Notes: a model not told the origin generated them from the letters alone. DNA of 64,000 nt from Candidatus Hadarchaeota archaeon (GCA_040755315.1 JBFMBF010000001.1:29109-93108), one strand, 5' to 3'; shown: positions 9,631 through 19,667, numbered from the stretch's first letter. Program-made: numbers and translations.

Positions 9631-10944
9631 ATGCGAAAAAACATAGGTATCCTAGGCGGGGGCCTTGCTGGCCTGACAGTCGCCAGCCTTTTGAAGCATG
9701 ATTTTGAGGTCCTTGAGAAAAACAGAGATTGCGGAGGACTGTGCAGGAGCTACAAAGAAAAAGGGTTCACTTTCGATTATGGCGGAGGCCACATCATCTT
9801 TTCCCGCGATGAGCCGATTCTGAAGTTCATGCTGGAAAAACTTGGAAAGAACTTCCTGAAGAGGAGAAGGAACACCAGAATTTTTTTTAAGGGGCGGCTA
9901 GTGAAATATCCTTTTGAGAATGGGCTTTCGGAATTGCCGCCAAAAGACAACTACGATTGCCTTTACGAGTTCCTGAAGACATGGCTCAAGCAGAATCGAG
10001 AGGGATTGCCCGAGCCCAGGAACTTTCAGGAGTGGATGTACAACACCTTCGGGAAAGGAATAACTGAAAAATATCTGCTACCCTACAACCGCAAGGTATG
10101 GAACTTTGAGCCAAGGCTGATGGGCGTCGATTGGGTGAAGGGGCGCGTCCCTCAGCCGCCGCCAGAGGACATCGTGAAATCTTCTCTTGGGCTGACCACT
10201 GAAGGTTACACCCATCAGCTGTTCTTCTATTACCCCAAATTAGGCGGGATTCAGGCCCTGATCGACTCGATTGAAAGTCAAGTGAAGAATAGGGTAACAG
10301 TTGGTTTTGACGTCAAGAGGGTGGAGAAGGACGGGAAAAAATGGGCCGTGTCAGACGGAAACGAAGAGAAAATTTTTGATCTTGTCGTCTCGACGGTGCC
10401 AGTAACAGACTTTTCAAAAATCTACAGAAACACTCCGTCAGAAGTAAGGAGGGCCGCAAGGAGCCTGAAGTACAACTCTCTAATCACGGTGCTGCTTGGC
10501 TATGATGTCCCGAAGATCAACAACATAAATTGGCTCTACTTCCCGGGGGAGAGAGACGGCCTTTTCAACAGGGCCAACTTCACATTCAATCACAGCCCAT
10601 GGGTGGTTCCGAAAGGAAAGAGCTCCGCGATAGTCGAGATAACCTGCCCCCCTGGCGGGAGCTTGTGGAGGGCCAGCGACAAGAAGCTGGCGAACCACGC
10701 AGTCAAGAAGCTGGACGAGCATGGGTTAGCTCCGGCTTCAGAAGTCTGTTTATCCAAAGTCATGAGGACCAAATATGCATATGTGATAAACGACCTGAAC
10801 TACTCAAAAAACGTGAACGTTTGCCGGGACTATTTCAAGGATGAAGGCGTTGTCCTGTGCGGTAGGTTCGCTGAGTTCAAGTATTTGAACATGGACGCCA
10901 CCATAAAAAGTGCCATGGAGACGGCCGCGCAGCTCAATAGATGA
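9631..10944 (+). CDS. FAD-dependent oxidoreductase (protoporphyrinogen oxidase/UDP-galactopyranose mutase-like)
   Basis: GGGLAG Rossmann motif, GG.CRS, FDYGGGH, YP..GG, GRFAEFKYLNMD. Confidence 0.85.
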   Translation: MRKNIGILGGGLAGLTVASLLKHDFEVLEKNRDCGGLCRSYKEKGFTFDYGGGHIIFSRDEPILKFMLEKLGKNFLKRRRNTRIFFKGRLVKYPFENGLSELPPKDNYDCLYEFLKTWLKQNREGLPEPRNFQEWMYNTFGKGITEKYLLPYNRKVWNFEPRLMGVDWVKGRVPQPPPEDIVKSSLGLTTEGYTHQLFFYYPKLGGIQALIDSIESQVKNRVTVGFDVKRVEKDGKKWAVSDGNEEKIFDLVVSTVPVTDFSKIYRNTPSEVRRAARSLKYNSLITVLLGYDVPKINNINWLYFPGERDGLFNRANFTFNHSPWVVPKGKSSAIVEITCPPGGSLWRASDKKLANHAVKKLDEHGLAPASEVCLSKVMRTKYAYVINDLNYSKNVNVCRDYFKDEGVVLCGRFAEFKYLNMDATIKSAMETAAQLNR

Positions 10945-12037
10945 CTTGGAGGCCGTTGTAGAATTCTTCTAGCTTTGTCGTGCACTTTTCTATTGAGTAG
11001 CTTTCCGCCGTCTTTCTGGCGTTTTTCCTCATCCCCTCAGATGGTTCAAATTTCTGCATTAAGGCAGATAGGCTCCCGATGTTTTCGGGCTTGAAAAGGT
11101 AGCCGTTCTCACCGTTTCTGACTACCTCCGGAATAGCGAGGGCGTTCGCGCCTATGACAGGCGTCCCGCAGGCCATGGCCTCTGCGACCACCAGCCCCTG
11201 CGTCTCGCTTTTGGACGCTATCACGAGGGCATCGGCAGCGGAGCAGTACAGCGGCTTGAGCTTCTCGGGGACAAAGCCCTTGAATGAAACTCTCTTTCGG
11301 AGGTGTTTCTTATCCACGAGTTTTTTCAGCTTCCCTGTCGCAGGCCCCCTGCCCACCAGCAGTAGTTTTCCATCCACTTCAGTCATTGCGCGAATGACAA
11401 GGTCCAGATTTTTCTCGTAGCTCACCCGCCCTAGGCACAAAAATATCCTTTCATCTTCCAGCCCGAGCTTTCTCCTTGCGGTTTTTTTGTCAATCGGGTG
11501 CAGCGCCTTGATGTCTATCCCAGTGGGTATGACCTCTATCGGCTTCTTTATACCGTGTTCTCTCAGCAGCCTTTTCAAGGCCGCGCTCGGTGTTATCAAC
11601 TTTTTGTGCCTTTTGTAAAAGGCCCTGCAGAAACGCCAGGAGACCAGCTTGAGCACCGGCTTCCCAACCCTTGACACGTACTGGTAGTATTCAGAGAGCA
11701 GCGTGTGGAAAGTAGAGACCCGCGGTATTTTCTGGAACTTGGCGACCCTCCAGCCGAAGAATCCCATCGTGAACGGAGAGTGGGTGTGGACTAGGTCAAG
11801 TTTCGGTGCCCTGTCTCTTCCTTGCGGCACGGCTATCTTGAACTCAGGGTACCTGCGGAAGGACACGGCGGGATAGGAGTGCACTTCCATACCTTCCATG
11901 TGCCTCACGTTGGTCTTGGGGCAAAAAACATGGACCTCGTGCCCCCTCTTTTCAAGCTCGGCACCGAAACTGAGCAGGGAGGTTACCACCCCGTTTTTCT
12001 GCGGCAGGAACGTGTCAGTGAAGAATCCTATCCTCAT
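10934..12037 (-). CDS. Glycosyltransferase family 4
   Basis: FTDTFLPQKNGV, HTHSPF, GRVSYEKN, SETQGLVVAEAMACG. Confidence 0.93.
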   Translation of the reverse strand: MRIGFFTDTFLPQKNGVVTSLLSFGAELEKRGHEVHVFCPKTNVRHMEGMEVHSYPAVSFRRYPEFKIAVPQGRDRAPKLDLVHTHSPFTMGFFGWRVAKFQKIPRVSTFHTLLSEYYQYVSRVGKPVLKLVSWRFCRAFYKRHKKLITPSAALKRLLREHGIKKPIEVIPTGIDIKALHPIDKKTARRKLGLEDERIFLCLGRVSYEKNLDLVIRAMTEVDGKLLLVGRGPATGKLKKLVDKKHLRKRVSFKGFVPEKLKPLYCSAADALVIASKSETQGLVVAEAMACGTPVIGANALAIPEVVRNGENGYLFKPENIGSLSALMQKFEPSEGMRKNARKTAESYSIEKCTTKLEEFYNGLQVIY

Positions 12038-12085
12038 GCTCTCCCTTTAAAATATGCCATACCACGTAAATGTATAAGTGATGTG

Positions 12086-13096
12086 ATGATAGGGATGATT
12101 CTTTGTGGCGGGTTGGGAAAGCGTTTCCGCGCGGTCAGCGAGGACATCCCTAAGGCGCTCTTCGAGATAAAGCCCGGCTACACAATCACGGATCGCCAGC
12201 TCTTCCAGTACAGGAGCGCTGGCGTGGACAAAGTGGTCCTGCTTACGGGCCACATGGGAGACAAGATAAAGGCAGCCCTCGGGAGCGAGCGAATGGGAGT
12301 CAGGTTGGAGTATGTTTGGGAGGAACACCCCATGGGGACCCTTAACGCCATCCGCCTCGGCATGGAAGCGGTGGGCGAGGACGCTTTTGTCAGCAACGGG
12401 GACGTGATGGCAGACCTAAACCTGAAAAAAATGTGGGGTGAATGGAAGAAGTCCGGCCTCAAAGCTTCGATATTCGTGGTGCGGATGAGGAGCCCGTACG
12501 GTATCATAGAACTCGGGGGGAGAAAGATCCAGGCCTTCAGGGAGAAGCCGCTCCTGAGGCACTACATGAACGCCGGTTTTTACTGCATTTCAAAAGATGT
12601 GTTGCCGGTTCTTGAGAAGTTCAAGTTGGGGAACATAGAGACTACTGCATTCCCTGAGCTGGCCGCGAGGGGGCAGTTGACTTATCACAAGGAGGGTGGG
12701 CAGCCCTTTTGGGTCTCTGTGGACACCCCAAAGGAGCTGGAGATGGTCAAGCAGGAGTATTCCAACAGGACGGACAAACCCTGGGGCTACGAGAAAGTCC
12801 TGAAGCTGGATAAAAGCGGCATGGAAAAGATGCTCTACATAATGGAGGGGCACAGGACATCGCTCCACTACCACAAGGTAAGGGATGAGACGCTGACGGT
12901 CATGCAGGGCGCTGGCTGGGTAGAGTTTGAGGATGGGAGGCGGCAGGGCATCAAGAAGGGCTCGGTCGTCCACATAAAGCCCAACACAGTCCACAGCTTC
13001 ATAGCCCGCAGCAACCTGCTATTCAAAGAGGTTTCGACCCCACACCCAGAAGATGTGGTGAGGGTGAAGGACTTTTACAGTTTCAGGTTAGGGTGA
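12086..13096 (+). CDS. Sugar-phosphate nucleotidyltransferase fused to a C-terminal cupin (mannose-6-P isomerase-like)
   Basis: ILCGGLGKRF..PK, NGD; C-terminal KPWGYE...SLHYH..RDE...H cupin. Confidence 0.85.
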   Translation: MIGMILCGGLGKRFRAVSEDIPKALFEIKPGYTITDRQLFQYRSAGVDKVVLLTGHMGDKIKAALGSERMGVRLEYVWEEHPMGTLNAIRLGMEAVGEDAFVSNGDVMADLNLKKMWGEWKKSGLKASIFVVRMRSPYGIIELGGRKIQAFREKPLLRHYMNAGFYCISKDVLPVLEKFKLGNIETTAFPELAARGQLTYHKEGGQPFWVSVDTPKELEMVKQEYSNRTDKPWGYEKVLKLDKSGMEKMLYIMEGHRTSLHYHKVRDETLTVMQGAGWVEFEDGRRQGIKKGSVVHIKPNTVHSFIARSNLLFKEVSTPHPEDVVRVKDFYSFRLG

Positions 13097-13779
13097 GGCT
13101 GGCGGGGCAAAAGATGGCGAGCAAAAGATCGTCAGTCTGGATTTTCGCGGCAGTGGTAACGGTCGTGGCGCTTGTTTCCGTTGTCTTTTGGACAATAGCA
13201 GCTTCCACGCAGGAGGAGACGTGGGAGAGCTTGGGTTATCCCAGCGCGTTTCTTCTGGGGATCATCGGGGCTTCTTCCGTAGTCGTTCCAATCCCGACGA
13301 CCGTAGTTCTCCTTGCAATCGCGGGGTCCAGGATTTTTGACCCAACGCTTCTTGCGGCGGCGTTCGGCTTGGGGTCGGCGGTGGGGCAGCTAACCAGCTA
13401 TGCCGTAGGTTACGCCGGCGGCATGGTAGTCAGCAAGAAACAGAGGCGCCAGTTGGACGCGATGTTGAAAATTTTTGAGAGGTATGGGATGATCGCTGTT
13501 TTCATCTTCGCGCTGACCCCCCTGCCGGACAGCATTCTATTCATCCCGCTAGGTTTGGTCCACTACAGCTTGTGGAAAGTTTTCGTCGCGGCGGCGGCAG
13601 GGAAAGTCGTGATGTCGCTCATAATCACACATGTTGGTGAGGCGGTCGGGCAGGTTACGGAAAACTGGATTTTTGGAGTGGTCACGGCGGCGCTTCTGGG
13701 CCTGGTAGTCTTTGCCATGTTCAGGATCGACTGGGAAAAGCTGGTCCAAAAATATCTGCCTGAAAAGCGCAAGAAGTGA
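13093..13779 (+). CDS. VTT/SNARE-associated (DedA-like) membrane protein
   Basis: P.P motif, GSAVGQLTSYAVG, FIFALTPLPD. Confidence 0.8.
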   Translation: MRLAGQKMASKRSSVWIFAAVVTVVALVSVVFWTIAASTQEETWESLGYPSAFLLGIIGASSVVVPIPTTVVLLAIAGSRIFDPTLLAAAFGLGSAVGQLTSYAVGYAGGMVVSKKQRRQLDAMLKIFERYGMIAVFIFALTPLPDSILFIPLGLVHYSLWKVFVAAAAGKVVMSLIITHVGEAVGQVTENWIFGVVTAALLGLVVFAMFRIDWEKLVQKYLPEKRKK

Positions 13780-13794
13780 AAATTATATCCAGAA

Positions 13795-14877
13795 TTACTT
13801 GAACCTTTTCTCAAGCTCGGCCATCATAGCTTTGTATCCAGGAGCGTATTCGAGCTCCTCCGGGACCAGCGTCGCCGGGTGCACGAACCCCTGCTCGCGC
13901 ATGTACTCGGCTTTTTCAGTGGCCTTGTTCCTGTAGTAGTCCCAGTCAGGCGTGTCGAACGCGTCCGTGTATGCCGTGAACTTCCCCTCGTGCATGCTGA
14001 AGAGTATGCCGCTCACGATTGGTATGCAGAAGTTGGAGGTTGCGGACGGTCTCATCTTCACCGGCATCAGCGGCAGGTGGTGGCTCCCCCTCGTGTTGCC
14101 CGCAACATAGTGGACTGTTTTGAAAACGGAGCATGTCTCTTCAGTCGCCGGGAACTTTTTCTGCATCCTCACTATCGCGGCAGGGTCGTCTTTCCCGACA
14201 TAGGTGCCGGCGATGTTGTGTAGCCTGTCCGTGGTGGCGGCGAGAATAGGCTCATTGTCTTTGTTTCTCACGGCGTCTATGACAAATTGTCCTGGATACA
14301 TCAATGAAGCGGCTATAAGAAAATTGTCTTGGGGTATGTTCAGCGCTGCTTTTTTCCCTGTCATAACGTCCATCACGGTCATAACCAAACCGTTTACCAG
14401 CGATGGGTTTACTATCAGCGCCGTGTTTGCAGAGGGCTCACAGAACAGCCGGTAAAAGGGGAAGTTGAAGGCGCCAGGTTCCGTCTTGTCGGCCGTGAAC
14501 AATGCGAACGCTTCATTTGGCCTTTCCTCAAACTCCATCTCTGCGACGCCCGGCCCCATGCCCTTGACATTGCCAGAAAAGGAATCCTTCAAAATATCTT
14601 GCCCCGCGCCGTACAAACCCTGTTTTTTTGCGACTTCTGTGCCGGCCCTGAAGGCGTCCCAGCAGAGCTTGTGTATTTCAGAATTGTTCACGCCTTTCGT
14701 GTGGCTCAACAGAATGTGTATGTCGTCTCCCGTATATCCCACGTAACTGTCGATGAACAATCCTTTTCCATTCTTTTGAACAAAATTTTTCACTGTTTCA
14801 AGCAATTCATCGCTTGGTCTTGTATGCCCCCCGATGCTCCCAACGTCAGCTTTGATGGCTGTCAGAGTTATTCTCAT
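13795..14877 (-). CDS. fbp: Bifunctional fructose-1,6-bisphosphate aldolase/phosphatase
   Basis: IKADVGSIGGH, GDD, LYGAGQD, GNVKGMGPG, DKTEPGAFN, YVGKDDP. Confidence 0.97.
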   Translation of the reverse strand: MRITLTAIKADVGSIGGHTRPSDELLETVKNFVQKNGKGLFIDSYVGYTGDDIHILLSHTKGVNNSEIHKLCWDAFRAGTEVAKKQGLYGAGQDILKDSFSGNVKGMGPGVAEMEFEERPNEAFALFTADKTEPGAFNFPFYRLFCEPSANTALIVNPSLVNGLVMTVMDVMTGKKAALNIPQDNFLIAASLMYPGQFVIDAVRNKDNEPILAATTDRLHNIAGTYVGKDDPAAIVRMQKKFPATEETCSVFKTVHYVAGNTRGSHHLPLMPVKMRPSATSNFCIPIVSGILFSMHEGKFTAYTDAFDTPDWDYYRNKATEKAEYMREQGFVHPATLVPEELEYAPGYKAMMAELEKRFK

Positions 14878-14927
14878 TCATCCACACATCTGATTGATTT
14901 TGGTGGTTTTTAAACTATGCGGTTTTG

Positions 14928-15993
14928 GGTTCTGCGCTCTTAAAAGGGTAGCACACCAATAACAGAGTGGCTGGGTTTGGGGGTGGTTATGAAAAACCAA
15001 AGGAGATGAGAGTATGAACCCCAAACAAAACCCAAAATGCCCAGCCTGCGGGGCTGGCTCGTGGAAAATAGGTCTTAGCAAGACCAGCCACCAGCGCTAC
15101 AAGTGCCCGAAGTGCGGCAGGAAGTTCGACGAGCGGGACGGGACGCCGTTCCACCGGCTGCGAAAGCCGGAGAAGGCGCTTCTGGTGGCAACCGTGCTGT
15201 ATACGAACTATCCGCTGTCGAGCTACCAGGTAAAGGAAATCGTCGGGCTGTTCGGGATTGACGTCTCGGCCAGGCAGATTGAGCGATGGCCCGAGCGGTT
15301 CGGGCCGTCCGTGAAGCGCATCTTCAGGAAGTACAAAATCCGGTTCTCCAAGGTCTGGCACGTGGACGAGAAGTTCGTGCCCCACGACCGCGTCCCCTCA
15401 CCGAAGCGCAAGCGCGGCGAAAAGAAGTGGCTCTACCAGATTACCGTTCTGGACTCCAAGAACAACGTCGTGGCGAGCTTTCTCGCCGAGGAGCGCAACA
15501 CAGAGGCCGCCAAGAAGGTCCTGAGGCGGGCGAAGGAGACGGCGGGATTCTCACCGGATTTCATCGTGAGCGACGACTGCCCAATCTACGACAAGGGAGT
15601 CAACGTGCTCGGCAGGCGTACGAAGCACGTCACCGCCCACTTCGAGGGCAAGCTCATGCCGCACGGCAAGGGCGTTGTTCTGCTGAGCAACAACCGCATA
15701 GAGCGCTACAACTCAACGCTCGCCCCGAAGGTCCGCTCCATGCGGGGCGTGAAGAGCGCCGAACGCGGCGACATGTTCTTCCAGGTGTACAACTTCATGC
15801 ACAACTTCTCCCGGAAGGGGAGAATGAAAAGAATTCTCGGGCGGCTCGGCCTCAAGCTGGGCTGGGACGGGCTGACGAAGCTGTTCCACCTGGCGAGGGA
15901 CTTCTGAAAAAGCGCAGGGCGCGTCTGCTGATTGGCAAGTCACAAAGGGAACCGTCAGACACACAAATAATACCCTACGTCAGTCGCGGAACC
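14928..15993 (+). mobile_element. IS6-family insertion sequence (1066 bp)
   Basis: Imperfect terminal IRs GGTTCTGCG.../...CGCGGAACC; perfect 8-bp flanking duplication CGGTTTTG at 14920-14927 and 15994-16001; encloses a DDE transposase. Confidence 0.85.
15014..15907 (+). CDS. IS6-family DDE transposase with N-terminal zinc ribbon
   Basis: CPAC...CPKC, WHVDE, VSDD, NNRIERYN. Confidence 0.9.
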   Translation: MNPKQNPKCPACGAGSWKIGLSKTSHQRYKCPKCGRKFDERDGTPFHRLRKPEKALLVATVLYTNYPLSSYQVKEIVGLFGIDVSARQIERWPERFGPSVKRIFRKYKIRFSKVWHVDEKFVPHDRVPSPKRKRGEKKWLYQITVLDSKNNVVASFLAEERNTEAAKKVLRRAKETAGFSPDFIVSDDCPIYDKGVNVLGRRTKHVTAHFEGKLMPHGKGVVLLSNNRIERYNSTLAPKVRSMRGVKSAERGDMFFQVYNFMHNFSRKGRMKRILGRLGLKLGWDGLTKLFHLARDF

Positions 15994-16023
15994 CGGTTTT
16001 GTGCCCGTCTGAGACTTGGAAAC

Positions 16024-16593
16024 CTAAGCAGTTTGGGCGTATGCCAGCGCGAAGGACCCGATTAACCCGATAAGGAAGGACACGGTCACGCACATGATCA
16101 GGTTGGAGAATGGAAGGGCCCCGGCGCCCGGCTTGGTTGGACGGCCCCTCAGGCGGGAGAGGACCTGGTAGGAGCGCTGGGTCCCTAGGTGCGCCGCCCA
16201 AATGGTGAGCGGAAGGTTGACGGTCAGAACCAGCACGATGAAGAAGACTGACCAAAGCTCGGCCCCGGGGATGGAAAGGATGTTCCACCTGCCAATCATG
16301 GCTTCCATGGCCAGCAGGATGGAGCTGTCAGCCACTCCCCTCGCGAAGAAGAAGATGGCCGCGCCGGCGCCGAAGAATATCTGGGAGAGCACGAAAGCCG
16401 CGATGACGGTGACGGGGAAGTAGAGCAGGGGCTGCCACCAACTCATGGCGGAAGGCTGGGGGACCCCCACGGCCTGGCCAAGCTCTGCGAACACAGTTGT
16501 GGTTCCGCCGCCCCACTTGCCGAATACCACGCCGAAGACCCAGCTGCCGATTATCAGGAGCCACATGGAGTAGTGAACGTACTGTTCCCGCAT
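16024..16593 (-). CDS. Hypothetical multi-pass membrane protein
   Basis: 189 aa with about five hydrophobic segments; GGTGA upstream of the ATG. Confidence 0.65.
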   Translation of the reverse strand: MREQYVHYSMWLLIIGSWVFGVVFGKWGGGTTTVFAELGQAVGVPQPSAMSWWQPLLYFPVTVIAAFVLSQIFFGAGAAIFFFARGVADSSILLAMEAMIGRWNILSIPGAELWSVFFIVLVLTVNLPLTIWAAHLGTQRSYQVLSRLRGRPTKPGAGALPFSNLIMCVTVSFLIGLIGSFALAYAQTA

Positions 16594-16671
16594 TTCACCA
16601 CGCAGAGTCTTCGCGAGGGTTTAATTGATTTTGGGCAAGGTATTTTTCCGGAGAGCGAGAGTCATTTTTGG

Positions 16672-16748
16672 GCCGCCGTGGCTCAGCCTGGTAGAGCGAC
16701 GGTTTCGTAAACCGTAAGTCGAGGGTTCAAACCCCTCCGGCGGCTCCA
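16672..16748 (+). tRNA. tRNA-Thr(CGT), CCA encoded
   Basis: Acceptor GCCGCCG/CGGCGGC, D stem GCTC/GAGC, anticodon arm ACGGT-TTCGTAA-ACCGT, T arm GAGGG-TTCAAAC-CCCTC. Confidence 0.96.
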
Positions 16749-16752
16749 CCCA

Positions 16753-16782
16753 TGTTCAAAACATTTAAAAGTGTTTAAAACA
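16753..16782 (+). promoter_or_regulatory. Putative TA-operon operator/promoter
   Basis: Two near-palindromic TGTTYAAAACA copies (16753-16763, 16772-16782) flank a TTTAAAA TATA-like box just upstream of the antitoxin. Confidence 0.45.
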
Positions 16783-16793
16783 ATTATAAATTG

Positions 16794-17033
16794 ATGAAAA
16801 GCAAGCTAACCCTCATCCCCATCCGACCCGAAACACGCAAAAGGCTCAAGAGCCTCGGGCGCATGGACGAAACATACGACGATGTTATCAACCGTCTGAT
16901 TGAGAATCGCATCCTCGAACTTGTCCTACCTCGCGAGCCTGCAACAAAGAAGGAACTCGAGAGAGCGGCCAAAAGAGCGGACGCGGAACCTTATGTACCC
17001 CTCGAAGATGTCCTCGAGAGACTTGGGCTTTAA
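16794..17033 (+). CDS. Putative antitoxin (ribbon-helix-helix-like N-terminus)
   Basis: I.I..ETR.RL..L....ETYDDVINRLI; C-terminal YVPLEDV; overlaps the toxin gene. Confidence 0.75.
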   Translation: MKSKLTLIPIRPETRKRLKSLGRMDETYDDVINRLIENRILELVLPREPATKKELERAAKRADAEPYVPLEDVLERLGL

Positions 17034-17289
17034 AATCAGGCTCTCAAAGCAGGTTGAGAAGTACCTAGAGAACCTGAGAAGCGTCTCTCCGAGAGAGGCC
17101 GAGCGTTGTGCCGGAGTCTTGAGAGAACTCGCGAAAGATCCCTTTACTCCTCGACCAGGCGTGGATATCAAAAAACTACACAGGGTGAGGGGCCTTGATT
17201 ACCGTCTCCGTGGGGGCCGCCACAGGTTTTACTTCGCCGTCATGGAGGAGGAACAAACCGTGCACGTGAAGCTCGCGTACTTCAAATGA
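17023..17289 (+). CDS. RelE/ParE-family toxin
   Basis: FKIRLSKQVEKYL...L..DP...DIKKL...YRLR.G.HR; start TTG 17023 or ATG 17008. Confidence 0.8.
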   Translation: MGFKIRLSKQVEKYLENLRSVSPREAERCAGVLRELAKDPFTPRPGVDIKKLHRVRGLDYRLRGGRHRFYFAVMEEEQTVHVKLAYFK

Positions 17290-17377
17290 CATACAAGCTG
17301 TGTGAATGTAGATTTTGAGGAGTTGGAACTCTTCACCCTCTAGAAACGATGAATCTAAACTATTTTCTGCATCTCAA

Positions 17378-17389
17378 CGGCGGCTCCAC
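17378..17389 (+). repeat. 12-bp direct repeat of the tRNA-Thr 3' end (att-like)
   Basis: CGGCGGCTCCAC identical to 16738-16749. Confidence 0.75.
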
Positions 17390-17459
17390 AAACGAAAGCG
17401 ACCGTTCCGATAATGTTGCATATCTTTATGAGAGTAACACGCACTAATATGTGACGAAA

Positions 17460-18773
17460 ATGATAAGAAGCAAAGCAGTAGTAATAGGACTTTTTGCGGC
17501 ATCGTTGCTGGCCGTTTTGTCGCTTGCTATTTTCAGTGGTGGAGTGTTGAAACAAGGAAGTCCAGGGGGAAAACCCACACCATCTGGGCCGGAATCTGGA
17601 ACAACTGGGACAAATATCCATTTTGGAGTGGTAGGCGCTTTACCCAGTTTTCCAAATGAGCTGAGAGAAGCGGGGGTTGGGATCGTGAGGGTGGGGATAG
17701 ATTGGAGCGTGACAGAACCGACAAATGATTCGTACAACTGGACACAGCTGGACACCATGGTCCAAAGTGCGGAAAACGCCGGCGTTGAACTTCTTGGTTA
17801 TTTTATTTACGCGCCCCAGTGGGCCAAGAGAAATCCAAGTTCTAACCAAGATATCTGTGAAATTAACAACATGAATGATTTCAGGCAATTTGCCAAAGAT
17901 GTCGCGAAAAGATATGATGGCAGCAATCCGGCGCTTGGAGAAATGAAATACATAGAAATTCTCAACGAAGTTACCTTCCCCAATTTCTATGAGCAAAATC
18001 CGATTGATACATATTCAGATTGGTTGATAAACGGTTATGGAGGAGTTAAGGAAGGAAACCCAAACGCGGTTGTTTTAATCGGGGCATTTTTCGACCCTCT
18101 CGATCATGCGGGGGGCGTCTTGGAAAATGAAAGAGTGTTCATAGACAAAATGTTGCAAGATTACAGCCAATATTACGATATAGTCAACTTCCACAGCTAC
18201 TCCAATTACGACAATGGGATTACAGAAACGGCGCAATACGTAAAAGAGCGCATGGCGCAGTTTGGAGTTAACAAACCGATGTGGATCACAGAAACCAATA
18301 CCATGTTTTCTTATGCAGACCCAGATTGGCAAAATAAGAATGCAAGGGATGTGGTAAAAATGTACGCCCGGGCCTTCGGAGAAAATGTTGAAAAAGTGTT
18401 TTGGTTTACTTTTGTGGGGCTTCCATTGCCCGCAGAGGACTCCGTAAACGGCATCGTGCCAAAAAATGTCACTTTAGGTTGGAATGTGAAGGGATCTGCA
18501 GTATACCACCCCAGACAAGCATATTACACTTATAAGTTAATGACTTCCAAATTGCGCGGATTTGTCTCTTCACAAAAAATTTCGGATAAACAGTACAAAT
18601 TCACTTTCACGGACAACAACCCAGTATATGTCTTGTGGGGCAGTGGGGGTTCATTACCATCGGAAATAACAGGGACAGTTAAAGTCACGGATTATCTGGG
18701 CAACGAACAGACCATAGGCGCTTCTAGTGTCGTCTTGAGTGACAATCCTGTTTTCATTACACAGCTCACGTGA
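17460..18773 (+). CDS. Secreted/membrane-anchored clan GH-A glycoside hydrolase (GH39/GH5-like)
   Basis: N-terminal hydrophobic signal, EILNE acid/base, NFHSY, WITE nucleophile; AT-richer than neighbours. Confidence 0.75.
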   Translation: MIRSKAVVIGLFAASLLAVLSLAIFSGGVLKQGSPGGKPTPSGPESGTTGTNIHFGVVGALPSFPNELREAGVGIVRVGIDWSVTEPTNDSYNWTQLDTMVQSAENAGVELLGYFIYAPQWAKRNPSSNQDICEINNMNDFRQFAKDVAKRYDGSNPALGEMKYIEILNEVTFPNFYEQNPIDTYSDWLINGYGGVKEGNPNAVVLIGAFFDPLDHAGGVLENERVFIDKMLQDYSQYYDIVNFHSYSNYDNGITETAQYVKERMAQFGVNKPMWITETNTMFSYADPDWQNKNARDVVKMYARAFGENVEKVFWFTFVGLPLPAEDSVNGIVPKNVTLGWNVKGSAVYHPRQAYYTYKLMTSKLRGFVSSQKISDKQYKFTFTDNNPVYVLWGSGGSLPSEITGTVKVTDYLGNEQTIGASSVVLSDNPVFITQLT

Positions 18774-18836
18774 TGGCGCCCGCCCGAAATTTTCAAATCA
18801 AGCCCTCCAAAGAAAGTTCCAGGTGAAACCGAAAAC

Positions 18837-19667
18837 CTACCCGAAAAAGAATCTGGGAAAAGCCGGTTCACACTCCACTCCCATCTCCCCGCAGACTTCT
18901 TCCACTTTCGACGACACCTGCCCCCACCACTTTGAACCCTTTCCCGTGAGGAACTGCATGCGCCCCGCGAGCCCCGGCCTCTCCTTCTGCAGCAGCGGGG
19001 TCATCCGCTCCAGAACGCCCGCCCTGAGGTTGAGCTTGTCGTAGATCAGGCGGCTCCCGGAACTCTTCGCCGCTTCGACGACTCCCCTGATGCTTTCCTC
19101 GGAGTCGGTTAGTCCCGGGATTATCGGCCCCAGGAAAATCCAGGTGTCGACCCCCCGCGACGAGAGTTCTTCGACCGCCCCGGCCCTGGCTTCCGGCGGC
19201 GACGCCCCCGGCTCGAGTTTTTTCGCGATTCCCCCGTCCATCGTCGTTATGGTGAACCCGACCTCGAAACCCTTTGGCTTGATTAAATCCTTATCCCGAA
19301 GCACCAGGGCCGACTTGGTCTGGATGCAGACGTCGAACCCGTGCGATGAGAGAATTTTGATGCATTTTCTGGTCAGCTCCAACTTCGCCTCTAGGGGCTG
19401 GTAGGGATCGGTCACCGTCGCTACGCCGACCGTCCCCTTTTCCCTCCTTCGGACCTCCTTAGCGAGGACTTCGGCGATGTTCTCCTTCGCCCGGACCACC
19501 TCCCCCCAGCGGTTGAGGAGCCCCCTGTCCCTGATCACCGAAGGCGAGTAGCAGTAGAGGCAGCCGTGCTCACAACCGATGTACGGGTTGAGCGAGTACC
19601 TCAGCCCGGGCAGCCTGCTCAAGGATAGAGCAGATTTGCAGGTTATTGTTGAGTACTCTGCGCTCAT
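18837..19667 (-). CDS. Radical SAM protein, SplB/DNA-repair photolyase-like
   Basis: NPYIGCEHGCLYCY, TDPYQP.E, QTKS. Confidence 0.9.
   Translation of the reverse strand: MSAEYSTITCKSALSLSRLPGLRYSLNPYIGCEHGCLYCYSPSVIRDRGLLNRWGEVVRAKENIAEVLAKEVRRREKGTVGVATVTDPYQPLEAKLELTRKCIKILSSHGFDVCIQTKSALVLRDKDLIKPKGFEVGFTITTMDGGIAKKLEPGASPPEARAGAVEELSSRGVDTWIFLGPIIPGLTDSEESIRGVVEAAKSSGSRLIYDKLNLRAGVLERMTPLLQKERPGLAGRMQFLTGKGSKWWGQVSSKVEEVCGEMGVECEPAFPRFFFG

Noticed and set aside
15286..16065. 259-aa alternative-frame ORF in the IS
   Set aside because: Arg/Ala-rich shadow of the GC-rich transposase that runs past the element end.
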